DNA of 64,000 bases, from positions 20,788 to 84,787 of the forward strand of contig CAVSLS010000057.1 in the NCBI GenBank assembly GCA_963728845.1, given 5' to 3'. Below the pieces are notes generated by a model. That model ran no database searches and had not been told where the DNA came from. It saw nothing but the letters and a program-made list of their open reading frames with translations. Every line of letters begins with the position of its first letter. The stretch's first letter is position 1. The stretch comes from an uncultured Acidimicrobiaceae bacterium (lineage in GTDB: Bacteria > Actinomycetota > Acidimicrobiia > Acidimicrobiales > RAAP-2). Positions 49,236 to 59,857 of the stretch are shown one piece after another. The position numbers were made by a program, and so were the translations under genes.

Positions 49236-50213
49236 TCAGCGCTCCAACACGTCCACCAGTCCCCACGCGTGGGCCGTCGCCGCGTCGACGGTGCATCCGG
49301 AGAACGCGAGCCAGGCCGTGCGGAGGCGGCCGATGCGCCGGGGCAGGCTGACGGTGCCGCCGGCGCCGGGAACCAGACCGAGACCGATCTCGGGCAGCGA
49401 GATCTGCGTGTCGCGCTCGGCCACCACGGTGTCGGTGAACGCGGCGAGCTCGATGCCGGACCCCACACACGCCCCGTGGATGTAGGTCACGGTGTCCTTG
49501 TTCAGGCGGGACAGCGTGCGCGCCACGCTGCGCTGCAGCCGGATCAGGTGGGCGGTCGCCGGGTCGGACCGGGAACCGAACTCGTCGAGGTCACCGCCCG
49601 CGCAGAAGGCCCTCCCCTCCCCGCGCAGCTCGACGCGCGTGATGCTCGGGTCGGCCCCCGCCACCGTGAGCGCCTCGACCAGCTCGTCGCGCATCTGGGC
49701 GTCCAGGGCGTTGAGACGGCGAGGCCGGGTGAGGGTGACGGTGAGGGTGGCGCCGTCGCGCTGCATGGCCACCCGCGGGCTCCCGTCCCGGTCACTGCGC
49801 GCCGGGTGCGCGGCACGCCAGGCCGCGAACTCGGGCCCCGACTGCAGGACCGAATAGGCGGTGGACTCGGCCACCAGGCCGTCGCCGACGGACAAACGAT
49901 GTTGCCCGCGCAACAACAAGGCCAGCGTGGTGCCGGTGATGGGGCGCGTGGCCAGGTTCTCCTCAATCCGGCCCAGCGCCGGGTCGCCCTCTTCGACGAC
50001 CACGTCGCACAGGTTCAGCCACGGATCGCCGACCGCACCACGGGTCACCCCGACGACGACGTAGGGCAGGCTCGCCCTCCGCTCGTCCGGCACCTCGCCG
50101 GGTGCGGGCATCCCTTCCGTCAGGGCGACCATCACGGCGCCACTGCGTTCGGGGCCGATGTCGCTGCGCAGCTCGGCGAGGAGTGCTTCGGCACTGAGGA
50201 GGTCGAGGATCAA
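49236..50213 (-). CDS. enoyl-CoA hydratase/isomerase family protein with an N-terminal extension
   Basis: LTVTLTRPRRLNALD .. LRGEGRAFCAGGDL. Confidence 0.8.
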   Translation of the reverse strand: MILDLLSAEALLAELRSDIGPERSGAVMVALTEGMPAPGEVPDERRASLPYVVVGVTRGAVGDPWLNLCDVVVEEGDPALGRIEENLATRPITGTTLALLLRGQHRLSVGDGLVAESTAYSVLQSGPEFAAWRAAHPARSDRDGSPRVAMQRDGATLTVTLTRPRRLNALDAQMRDELVEALTVAGADPSITRVELRGEGRAFCAGGDLDEFGSRSDPATAHLIRLQRSVARTLSRLNKDTVTYIHGACVGSGIELAAFTDTVVAERDTQISLPEIGLGLVPGAGGTVSLPRRIGRLRTAWLAFSGCTVDAATAHAWGLVDVLER

Positions 50214-50232
50214 ATGACGTTACCGTGCCGGC

Positions 50233-51417
50233 GTGGACGATCACCGGTTGGCGCGTTGGGCGGCCAGCGGCGCGATGGCGTTGACCGGGCGCCCGGACGA
50301 ACCGCTCGGTCCGCCCGAGCGCCTGGTCGAGGGCGTCGAGCGCCTGGCGCACGCCTTCCCGCGACTGGACCCGCTCACCATCCTCGGCGAGCGGGCCGCG
50401 CTGATGGGGCTGTGGCGGCGCGGCACCACGAGCTGCGGCGGCAGTTGCCGCCTCTTCCCGGCCGGCGACGAGTGGCTGGCAGTTTCGCTCCCGCGGGCCG
50501 AAGACATGGAACTCGTGCCGGCCTGGCTCGAGCTCGATGACGCGCCTCGGACAGGTCCCGCCACCTGGTCCGCCATCGGCGGGACCGTGGTGACACGGGA
50601 TCCCGCGGCACTGGTCGAGCGCGCTGCGGTGCTCGGCCTCCCGGTGACCCGGCTCGGCGAAGCAGCGGACGCGACTGCGGTCGTGGCGGAGCGTCTGGGC
50701 GAGGCGCCGGCCACGGAGGTGGGGGGCCTGCTCGTCGTCGACCTCTCCGCCCTGTGGGCCGGTCCACTCTGTGGGGACCTGCTGGCTGGCGCCGGGGCCA
50801 CGGTCGTGAAGGTGGAGTCGATCAGTCGCCCCGACGGGGCCCGGCGCGGTGCGGCCGCGTTCTTCGACCTCCTGAACTGGCGCAAGCGCTCCGTTGCCCT
50901 CGATCTGCAGAGCGGCGAAGGCACCCGCCTCCTGCGTGCGTTGGTCCGGCGGGCGGACATCGTGATTGAGGCCAGCCGGCCACGCGCGCTGGCCCAATTC
51001 GGCATCAGCGCGCGCGACGTGGTCCGAGAGGGCGGCCCGCAGGTGTGGATCTCCATCACGGGGCACGGGCGCGCCGGCGCAGCGGCCAACCGCGTCGCCT
51101 TCGGTGACGACGCGGCGGTGGCCGGCGGTCTGGTGGCCTGGGCGGGGGCGACGCCGATGTTCTGCGCGGACGCCGTCGCCGATCCGCTCACCGGGCTGTC
51201 GGCGGCCAGCGCGTGCCTCGACACGCTGGCCGGGGGCGGACGCTGGCTCCTCGACGTCTCGATGGCGGGCGTGTGCGCCGGCCTGGCCGGTCCGACGTTG
51301 CCGGTCGCACCGGAGACGGTGGTCGCCGACCCGCGGGCACGGGTGGCGGGCCGACGGGCCCCCCAGCTGGGCGCCGACACGGTTCGGGTGCTGGAAGTCA
51401 TGGACCTCGAGGCATGA
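50233..51417 (+). CDS. CoA-transferase family III (CaiB/BaiF-like)
   Basis: VVDLSALWAGPLCGDLLAGAGATVVKVES motif. GTG start. Confidence 0.8.
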   Translation: MDDHRLARWAASGAMALTGRPDEPLGPPERLVEGVERLAHAFPRLDPLTILGERAALMGLWRRGTTSCGGSCRLFPAGDEWLAVSLPRAEDMELVPAWLELDDAPRTGPATWSAIGGTVVTRDPAALVERAAVLGLPVTRLGEAADATAVVAERLGEAPATEVGGLLVVDLSALWAGPLCGDLLAGAGATVVKVESISRPDGARRGAAAFFDLLNWRKRSVALDLQSGEGTRLLRALVRRADIVIEASRPRALAQFGISARDVVREGGPQVWISITGHGRAGAAANRVAFGDDAAVAGGLVAWAGATPMFCADAVADPLTGLSAASACLDTLAGGGRWLLDVSMAGVCAGLAGPTLPVAPETVVADPRARVAGRRAPQLGADTVRVLEVMDLEA

Positions 51418-51495
51418 GGCGGGCCGCCTCGGCCGTCGCCGTCGCTACCATGACGCCGTGACCTCGTCGTGCCGGAGCCCGGGGCGAGGCTTCGC

Positions 51496-51915
51496 ATGAC
51501 GGCCGTCGCACCCCGCGTCACGCCGCCCCTCGATGACGGCAACCGGGAGTTCTGGACCTCCGGTGCCACCGGGGAGCTGCGCCTGCCACGCTGTGCCGCC
51601 TGCGACCGGTGGAACTTTCCGCCCTCGTTGCACTGTCCGGACTGCGGCGGTGTCGCAGCCTATGCGCCGCTCAGCGGTCGCGGCCGCGTGTTCACCTACA
51701 CGGTGAACCATCACCGCTTCCATCCCGACGTCCCGGTGCCCTACGTGATCGCCATCGTCGAGCTCGCCGAGCAGGACGGGCTCCGGTTCACCACCGACAT
51801 CGTGCACTGTCCGGTCGAGGACGTCGCCATCGGCCTGCCGGTACGTGTCGTCTTCGAGCAGCAGGGCGATGTCTTCGTGCCCCTGTTCGAGCCCGATCCC
51901 GACGGGCGGACGTGA
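51496..51915 (+). CDS. DUF35 OB-fold/Zn-ribbon protein (thiolase-associated)
   Basis: CxxC..CxxC rubredoxin-like ribbon (CAACDRWNFPPSLHCPDCGG) followed by an OB-fold segment. 4 nt upstream of the thiolase-like gene. Confidence 0.8.
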   Translation: MTAVAPRVTPPLDDGNREFWTSGATGELRLPRCAACDRWNFPPSLHCPDCGGVAAYAPLSGRGRVFTYTVNHHRFHPDVPVPYVIAIVELAEQDGLRFTTDIVHCPVEDVAIGLPVRVVFEQQGDVFVPLFEPDPDGRT

Positions 51916-51919
51916 GCCG

Positions 51920-53072
51920 GTGACGCAGGAGCAACGGGTGAGGGGGGCTCTCATCTCCGGCATCGGGATGTCACGGATCGGGCGCAAGACCGGCATGGAA
52001 GCCCTGGAGCTCACGACGGAGTCGTCGCGGTCCGCCATGGCCGACGCCGGTGTCACGCCGTCGGACATCGACGGCATCGCCACCATCGGCGACACGCCGC
52101 TCGCCGTCGCCGCCGAGACGCTCGGCATCTCCCCGACGTGGACCGGCGGGTCGATGGGCTACTACGGGCTCCTGACGCCGGTCGTCGACGCCTGCATAGC
52201 CGTGGCACGCGGGGCGGCGCGCCATGTCATCGTGTACCGCACCGTGAACATGATCGGCGGCGAGGCGAGGGTGGAACGCTCGGCGGGCGGCCCGATGGAG
52301 GCCCCACCGGCCATGCGCGACATCACCCGCATCCTGACCATGCACGCCTACTCGGCCTCGAACTGGTTGGCCATGCACCTGCGGCGCCACATGCACCTCT
52401 ACGGCACGACGCGGGAGCAGATCGGTTGGCTCGCCATCAACAGCAGGCGCAATGCGGCGCTCAATCCGGACGCGGTCTATCGGAACCCGATCACGATGGA
52501 GGAGTACCTCTCGGCCCGCATGATCTCCGAGCCCTTCGGGCTCTTGGACTGTGACGTGCCCGTCGACGGTGCCATCGCCGTCGTCGTGTCGGGCGCCGAA
52601 CATGCCGACGCCTGCGCGCACCCCGTGCGCGTCGACGCCGTTGGGGGATCCGACGGCGCCGGGGGGTGGGATCAACGCCCCGACTACCCGAAGATGGCGT
52701 CGACCGACGCAGCACGTGAGATGTGGAACGCGACCGATCTCCGCCCCGCCGACGTGGATCTGGCCGAGCTCTACGACGGCTTCACCTTCTTGACCATGGC
52801 CTGGTTGGAGGCCCTGGGGTTCTGCGCCGATGGTGAGTCCGGGCCCTTCTTGGAGGGCGCGTCACGCATCGCCCTGGGTGGTGCGCTGCCCCTCAACACC
52901 TACGGTGGCCAGCTCTCCGCCGGCCGCATGCACGGCTACTGGGTGCTCCACGAGGCCTGCCTGCAGCTGCGCGGCGAGGCGGGGCGCGCGCCAGGTGCCC
53001 GGTCGGCCCGAGGTCGCGGTCGTGTCGAACGGGGGAGGGCCTATCGCCGGATGCATGCTCTTGACGCGGTGA
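51920..53072 (+). pseudogene. thiolase-like lipid-transfer protein (Ltp/SCP-x type) with a frame change
   Basis: ISGIGMSRIGRK.. N-terminus. The frame reads ..HEACLQLRGEAG, then an Arg-rich tail. The expected ending ARQVPGRPEVAVVSNGGGPIAGCMLLTR is in the next frame. The junction lies in the G-run near 52976..52985. Confidence 0.8.
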
Positions 53073-53093
53073 ACCGGGAGCGCGGGTGATCGC

Positions 53094-53690
53094 ATGACCG
53101 CGCCCGAGCGAACTGCGCTGCTGTTCGTCGAGTGCCAGCGCGGCGTGGTGGGGGATCTGTCCGTGCTCCCCGCCCTGGCCGAGTCCGCTCGCCCCGCGCT
53201 GGCCTCCATGGGCCGCCTGGCCGCCGGCGCCCGCGGTGCCGGAGTCCAGGTGGCCCACCTGACCTACCTGCCGGCCGCCGGCGGGCGCACGGCGAACCGC
53301 CGGGCCCCGCTCATGCGCGCCACCGCCTCGACGGCGGAGTGGAGCGACTCGCATCCCGCGGCCCAGGTCGTCCCCGAGATCGGGGTGGCACCGGGCGACC
53401 TGGTGTTCCCGCGGCGCCAGGGCATCTCACCCGTGCATCGCACCGAGGTGCTGGCCGTCTTGCGCAACATGGGCGTCGAGGAGGTGGTGGTGGCCGGCGT
53501 GTCGACCAACCTCGCCGTCGTCCTGGTGGCCGTGGGCGCCGCCGACGAGGACTTCGCCGTGACCATCCCGGCGGACGCCGTGGTCGGCACCCCGGCCGAG
53601 CACCATGCCTCGGTCCTCGCCCACAGCCTGGCTCCCGTGGCCCGCCTGGTCACCGTCGACGTGCTGTTGGCCGAGTGGCCCGTCGGCTGA
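53094..53690 (+). CDS. isochorismatase-family cysteine hydrolase
   Basis: 198 aa. LLFVECQRG..., a catalytic-Cys-region analogue (VVVAGVSTNLAV) and overall isochorismatase-like order. Confidence 0.75.
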   Translation: MTAPERTALLFVECQRGVVGDLSVLPALAESARPALASMGRLAAGARGAGVQVAHLTYLPAAGGRTANRRAPLMRATASTAEWSDSHPAAQVVPEIGVAPGDLVFPRRQGISPVHRTEVLAVLRNMGVEEVVVAGVSTNLAVVLVAVGAADEDFAVTIPADAVVGTPAEHHASVLAHSLAPVARLVTVDVLLAEWPVG

Positions 53691-53694
53691 TCCC

Positions 53695-55170
53695 TCAGGC
53701 GAGGGGCCAGGCGATGGCCTTCGTCTCGACGTACTGCTCAAACCCCTCGGGGCCGCACTGGCGGCCGATGCCACTGTCCTTGTAGCCGCCGTAGGGCGAG
53801 TCCGCCCCGTACCACATGCCGCCGTTGACGCTGATGGACCCGGTCCGGATCCGCCGCGCGATCGCGGTGGCCCGCTCCTCCGACTCCGAGAACACCCCGC
53901 CGGAGAGCCCGTAGCGGGACTCGTTGGCGATGCGCACGGCGTCGTCGTCGTCCTCGTAAGGGATGACGCAGAGCACGGGACCGAAGATCTCCTCCCGTGC
54001 GATGGTCATGGCGTTGTCCACGTCGACGAAGAGGGTGGGCTCCACGTACCAGCCCTTGGGGAGGTGGGCCGGCCGGCCGCCGCCGTGGACGAGCTTCGCC
54101 CCCTCCTCTTGGCCCTTCTGTATGTAGCCGAGCACACGGTCGCGCTGGCGGGCGCTCACGAGCGGGCCCATGAGCACCCCGTCGTCGGTCGGGTCGCCGT
54201 AGGGAACCGTGCCCATGGCGGCAGTGATGAGCTCCACCCCCTCGTCGTAGCGCGACCGCGGGAGGAGCATCCGTGTCTGCATGGCACACCCCTGACCGCT
54301 GTGCACGCATACCATGGAGCCCCCGGGCACCACGGAGGCGAAGTCGGCGTCGTCGCAGACGATCATGGCCGACTTGCCCCCGAGCTCCAGGAAGACACGC
54401 TTGAGCGTCGCTGCGCCCTTCTCCATGATGCGCTTTCCGGTCGCGGTCGAGCCCGTGAACGAGATCATGTCGACGTCCGCGGAGAGGGTGAGCTCCTCGC
54501 CGACCAGGTGGTCCGAGGAGGTGACGACGTTGACGACACCGGGCGGGATATCGGTCTTCTCGGCCACCAGTCGTCCCAGGCGGGTCGCGTTCCACGGGGT
54601 GTCCGGCGCCGGCTTGAGGACGACCGTATTGCCGGTGGCGAGGATGGGACCGATCTTGTTCAGCGTGACCTCGACGGGGTAGTTCCACGGCACGATGGCG
54701 CCGATGACGCCCATGGGCTCCTTGCGGACGGCGCGCCGGCTCGCCGAGCCCATGAGGTTCGAGTCGGCGAGCGCACGCTCGAACGGGAATTCGTCGATCA
54801 TCTTCGCCGGGTATCGCAGCGCGTCGTCGAGGGGCCAGTCGACCTGGGCTGCGAAGGTCAGGATGCGAGGCGTCCCCACCTCGGCGACCACCTCGTCGCG
54901 CAGCTCCTCACGTTCGGACTCGAGCGCCTCCTGCAGCTGCTCCAGGCAGCGCTTGCGCAGCGCGCGGTCTGTCGACCAGTCGGAGCGGTCGAAGGCGTCG
55001 CGGGCCGCCGCGATGGCCCGCCGCATGTCCTCGGCCGACGCGTCGGCCACCTCGCCGAGCACCTCTTCGGTCGCGGGATTGACGTTGTCGAAGCGCTTCT
55101 CCGAGGCGGCCTCGACCAGCTCGCCCCCGATGAGCATGCGGACCTCACCGCGACCACCCTGGCTGGACAT
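53695..55170 (-). CDS. NAD(P)-dependent aldehyde dehydrogenase
   Basis: 491 aa. FLELGGKSA (catalytic Glu), SGQGCAMQ (catalytic Cys) and EEIFGPV motifs. Confidence 0.9.
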   Translation of the reverse strand: MSSQGGRGEVRMLIGGELVEAASEKRFDNVNPATEEVLGEVADASAEDMRRAIAAARDAFDRSDWSTDRALRKRCLEQLQEALESEREELRDEVVAEVGTPRILTFAAQVDWPLDDALRYPAKMIDEFPFERALADSNLMGSASRRAVRKEPMGVIGAIVPWNYPVEVTLNKIGPILATGNTVVLKPAPDTPWNATRLGRLVAEKTDIPPGVVNVVTSSDHLVGEELTLSADVDMISFTGSTATGKRIMEKGAATLKRVFLELGGKSAMIVCDDADFASVVPGGSMVCVHSGQGCAMQTRMLLPRSRYDEGVELITAAMGTVPYGDPTDDGVLMGPLVSARQRDRVLGYIQKGQEEGAKLVHGGGRPAHLPKGWYVEPTLFVDVDNAMTIAREEIFGPVLCVIPYEDDDDAVRIANESRYGLSGGVFSESEERATAIARRIRTGSISVNGGMWYGADSPYGGYKDSGIGRQCGPEGFEQYVETKAIAWPLA

Positions 55171-55386
55171 GCTTCGACCCCCTTCGGATCCGCTGGAATC
55201 CCCCTTGGCGGCGAGGCTACGGACTCCCGGTTCGGGTGGTCAAGACGCACGGTCCGTCGACGCCGGGTGACCGGTCCGGAGAAAGCCGGAGAAGTTCGCC
55301 CGCCGTGTCGATTTCGCCCTGGCCCGTTCGACGCTCTGCCAGAGTGAGGCGACGGACGCCTCACGGAGCAGAAAGGGAGCACCATC

Positions 55387-55725
55387 ATGCGATTCCTCGG
55401 ATACACCCTCGCCAACGAGGCCGAGCTGCCGACCGAGCCCCCGCCCCCCGAGTTGTACGAGAGGATGGGCACGTTCGTGGAGGGAGCCACCAAGGCCGGC
55501 GTCATCGTCGCCACCGGCGGCATCGCCCCCACGTCCGAGGGCGCCAAGATCGCCCTCAAGGACGGCGAGTTCACCGTCGTCGACGGACCCTTTGCCGAGG
55601 CCAAGGAGCTCGTCGGCGGCTGGGCGCTGATGGAGTGCCGCGACAGGGACGAGGCAATCGAGTGGTCCAAGCGTTTCCTCGCCGTGCTGGGCGAGGGTGA
55701 GGTCCGCGTCCGCCCCTGCATGTGA
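55387..55725 (+). CDS. YciI-family protein
   Basis: 112 aa. DGPFAEAKELVGGWALMECRDRDEAIEW is typical of the YCII-related domain. AAGGGAG SD. Confidence 0.85.
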   Translation: MRFLGYTLANEAELPTEPPPPELYERMGTFVEGATKAGVIVATGGIAPTSEGAKIALKDGEFTVVDGPFAEAKELVGGWALMECRDRDEAIEWSKRFLAVLGEGEVRVRPCM

Positions 55726-55788
55726 GGCAGAGCGGGAATCGCTCGATTGGCCGGGTGGTCGAAACGGCGGGATGGTTGAATCGGTGGC

Positions 55789-57109
55789 GTGCCGGCCACC
55801 GATTCGACCGCCGCCATCGAGGCGGTCTACCGGATTGAGTTCCCGCGTGTCGTCGCCACCCTCGCCCGCCGCGTCGGCGACATCGGGCTGGCCGAGGACC
55901 TGGCCCAGGAGGCGCTGGTCGATGCCCTGCGCCAGTGGCCCCGGGACGGCACCCCGGCAAATCCGGGTGCGTGGCTGACCGCCGTCGGCAAGCGGAAGGC
56001 GATCGACCTCTTCCGCCGCGACCGCACGCTGGCGGCAAAGTACGCGCGGGTGGGTCGTGCGCTCGAGTCCGACGGCCCGGCCGGGGTGGAGGCGCTGGCC
56101 GACGTCGAATCGGAGGAGGAGATCCAAGACGACCAGCTCCGTCTCATCTTCGTCGCGTGCCATCCGCTCTTGTCCGTGCCGGCCCGCGTCGCGCTCACCC
56201 TGCGCCTCGTCGGGGGCCTCACCGTGCCCGAGATCGCACGGGCCTACGTCGTCCCCGAGCCCACCATCGCCCAGCGGATCGTCCGCGCCAAGAAGACGGT
56301 CGCCAAGGCCGGCGTCCCCTTCGAGGTGCCGAGCGGTGACGACCGCTCCGCCCGGCTCGGGGCGGTGCTCGAGGTCGTCTACCTGATTTTCAACGAGGGT
56401 TACTCGGCCACGTCCGGCGAGGACTGGCTGCGCCCCGAGCTGTGCGCGGAAGCCCTCCGGCTGGGTCGGATCCTCTCCTCCCTGGCGCCCGAAGAGGCCG
56501 AGGTGCACGGACTGGTCGCCTTGATGGAGTTCCACTCCTCGCGCCTGCGCGCCCGCACCGGCCCCGCCGGCGCTCCCGTCCTTCTCTTGGACCAGGATCG
56601 ACGCACGTGGGACCGCCTCCTCATCAACCGGGGCAGCGCGGCGTTGACCCGGGCGGAGGCCCTCGGCCCGACCAAGGGGCCCTACACGTTGCAAGCCGCG
56701 ATCGCAGCGTGCCACGCGCGGTCGTTCCGGCCCGAGGAGACGGACTGGGCGCAGGTCGTGACGCTCTACGGCGAGTTGGCTCGCCGCCGCGCCGTCGCCC
56801 ATCGTCGAACTGAACCGGGCCGTCGCCATCTCCATGGTTTCGGGCCCCGGTCCCGCGCTCAATCTGGTGGACCAACTCGTCGAGACCGGGACGCTCGAGC
56901 GCTACCACCTCCTCTACAGCGTGCGGGGCGACCTCCTGGACAAGCTGGGGCGCCCCGCCGAGGCGGCCGCTGAGTTCGAGCGCGCCGCGGGCCTGGCGAC
57001 GAACACGCCGGAGCGGGACCTCTCCGAGCAGCGCGCCCGTGCCAGCCGCGCCCGCGCCGCCGGGGGGTCGACCGGTGCCCAGGCCGTCACGGGTGGTGTC
57101 GCCGGCTGA
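55789..57109 (+). pseudogene. ECF-like sigma-70 family factor with a long C-terminal TPR-like domain (YciI-associated type), with a frame change
   Basis: Region 2 (DLAQEALVDALRQWP..NPGAWLTAVGKRKAIDLFRR) and region 4 (LTLRLVGGLTVPEIARAYVVPEPTIAQRIVRAKK). The frame reads ..LYGELARR, then a junk tail. The continuation PSPIVELNRAVAISMVSGP..YHLLYSVRGDLL is in the next frame. The junction is near 56781..56793. Confidence 0.8.
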
Positions 57110-58542
57110 GCCGACTCCGCCGACTCGTCGAGAACCACGGTCGCAGCAGAATCCGGGCCGGCGGCAGCGTGCCGTAGACCAGGACGCCGCGGCCCTGAGG
57201 CAGGCAGCGCAGCTCTTCGGGGGGCAGCAGCCGGCGCAGCCCGGTCGTCGACGTCGTGGAGCGTCGGCCCGAGGGGTCGCGGGTCACCGAGGGAAGGGTG
57301 ACCTCCTCGTCGCCAATGAGACGGCTCGCATACTCCAGGGTGTCGGGGTCGGCGATGCCGGGCAGGAACAGCTTGGCCCGGTGGTTGTTGAGGACGGTCG
57401 GGCGCGCGCGCACCGTAGCGTCCCCTGACCTGGGCCAGGTCCTGCCAAATGGTCACCAGCTGGACCCCGTGCGACGCGCAGGTGGCGGCCAGCCCGTCGA
57501 GCTCGGGCAGCGGCGCGATGTGGGCCGCCTCGTCGAGCACGACGAGCAGCGGGGGGTCGAGCGCCTTTCCCGCACGCGTGGCCCGTGTGAATGCGTGCGC
57601 GAGGACCTGCTGGGTGAGGGCCGAGAAGTAACCGCGCAGCCGGCGCTGGTCGTGGGCGGGGGCGCACAGGTACACCGTGTGGGGACCATGGAGCAGGCAA
57701 TCCGGCTCGAAGAGGTCGGGCACCCTCGCACCGGGCCACGGAGGGGTGAAGGGGGCCAACACCGTCTCGGCGGTCGTGGCGACGGAGCTGCGCGTGCGCT
57801 CGTCGCGGCACCAGGTGGCGCGCGCCGCGTCGAGGGCCTCCGGTGTCGCCCGCCGCTCCAGGATGCCGGCCACCTCAGCGACTTCCTGCGTGTCGACCCA
57901 GCGCACGACATCGGCCATGGTGCGACGGTCGAGCATCGCTGCGTGGAGGAGGGGTGCCAGCATCTTGGCCGCCGTGGCGTACCAGAAGTCGCCGTCGGGG
58001 GTCGACCCGTCCGCTTTTGCTGCGTCGCAGAGGTCGGCCGCGACCCGACAGGACCGATGCCACTCGGCGCAGCCGGTGAGCGGTGACCACGTGCTGGCTC
58101 GTGCGCCCGTGCAGCCGGTCGGATCGATGCACCACACCCGGCCGCGGCGCGCCCGGGCACCGAGCGTGTGGCGCAAGAGGTCGCTCTTGACGCTGGCGGC
58201 CACCACCGGACCACGCCAGCCGAGGATGGCCGGCACGGCCAGGCTCGTCGTCTTCCCGCTCTGGGTCGGGCCGACGACGACGAGGGACTGGGCCCGCTCG
58301 GCGGCGACACCGGCGGGACGGACGACGCCCGGGACCACACCGAGGAGGAGCCGGCCGGCCGGGGGAGCCTCCGCCTTGACGAGGAGCGGACGAAGGTTTC
58401 GCCGCGTCGCCCAGCGGGCGCCCCGCCGCGCGGGGCGGCGTCGCGTCCTCGTCCCCGGCCGCGCGGCCTCTCGGTACGACATGGCGGCCAGCAGCGCGCC
58501 GGCGAGGGCGACCGGCACGGCAGCTGCCGCGACGTCCACCAC
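57087..58542 (-). pseudogene. type IV secretion coupling protein (VirD4/TraG/TraD-like ATPase) with a frame change
   Basis: Walker A VVGPTQSGKTTS, Walker B LLVVLDEAAHI. The frame reads ..IWQDLAQVRGRYGARA, then junk. The continuation PTVLNNHRAKLFLPGIADPDTLEYASRLIG..RPWF is in another frame. The junction lies in the gcgcgcgcg repeat at 57399..57411. GTG start 4 nt after the upstream stop. Confidence 0.8.
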
Positions 58543-58545
58543 CGT

Positions 58546-59857
58546 CTAGCGGCCCGTCATGGCGGCGTCGGTGTCGACGATGCGTCGCTCGAGCGCACTG
58601 AGGCGGTGCTGCACCAAGAACGAGCGTTGGCCCACCTTCCACAAGGCGATGCCCCGCCGCAGCTGAGGCAGCAGGTCGGCCTCGGTGTGCGACAGCGACA
58701 GCAACTCTGCCGCGGTGTCGAGCTCGCCGGGCGACTGCGCGTAGACGACCCGCGTCTCGGAATCCGAGAGCAGTCCCTGGGCCAGCGCCACCTGCTCGGA
58801 GTCCGACGCGCCGACGGAGCGCAGGTCCGACACCCGATGCAGGACGGCCACGTTGGAGACGCCGAAGGCGCGGGAGAGCTTCCAAGAGGACTGCAACCAG
58901 CGGGCGACGCCCAGGTTCGACAGGATCGCCCACGCCTCGTCGACCACCAGGAAGAACTGACCCCGACCGCTCGGCGCGGCGCCGGTCGGTCACCGCCGTC
59001 CGGGTCAGCGCCGCCTGCAGCCAGGCGGTGGCACAGGCCATCAGCACGCCGAGCGCGGCCGACGAGTACAGCGCGGACAGATCGAGCACGACCAGCGGTG
59101 CCGAGAGGTCCAGGCCCGGTGTCGTCGGACCGTCGAACATGCCGCAGAGGTCGCCGTGCACCAGCCGGCGCAGCTCGAGGGCGACGTCGCGCCCGTCCTC
59201 GAGCAGCGTGCGGCGCTCCGTGCGCAGCGACCGCGCCGCCTCCTCGCTCGGGGAGAGCAGCGCCTCCACCACCATCGGCACGGTGGGGGCGCCGTCGACC
59301 GCTCCGGCGTCGAGGAGCGCCGCACCCAATGCGGCGCGCTCGCGCGGCAGCAGGCTCCGCCCCAGGCAGGCGCTGGCCAGCGACGCCAGGAGCTCGGTCC
59401 GGCGCCGCCCCGTCGCGTCGGGCCCCCTGTGCTCGTCGTCGGGTCCCGGGTCGAGCGGGTTCAACCGGATGGCACCGCCGGGACGGAGGGCCACCGGGCG
59501 GACGCCCCAGGCATCGGCCAGGTCGGCGTACTCGCCCTTGGGGTCGACCACCCAGGCCCGGCGGCCGAAGACGGCCTGTCGCCACAGGAACGTCTTGACG
59601 AAGGAGCTCTTGCCCCGCCCGATCTGGCCGAACACGACCATGTTCGGGTTCGACACCACGCCGGCGTCGTAGAGCTCGAAGGGATCGAACACGAACGAGC
59701 CCCCGAGCAGGTCGTCCCCGATGACGACGCCGCGCCGGCCCAGGCCGGCCTCGGCGATGAAGGGGTACGCCGCGCCGAGGTTGCGCGTCGTGACCTGGTG
59801 GGCCGGCAGGCGCGGGCTGCGAGCGGACACGCCGGGGAACGGTCGGGCCCGCCACAC
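58546..59857 (-). pseudogene. VirB4-like conjugative ATPase (short actinobacterial type) with a frame change
   Basis: Walker A VFGQIGRGKSSF. The frame reads ..TDRRRAERSGS, then junk. The continuation QFFLVVDEAWAIL (Walker B)..VSNVAVLHRVSDL is in another frame. The junction is near 58950..58965. GTG start at 59857. Confidence 0.8.
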
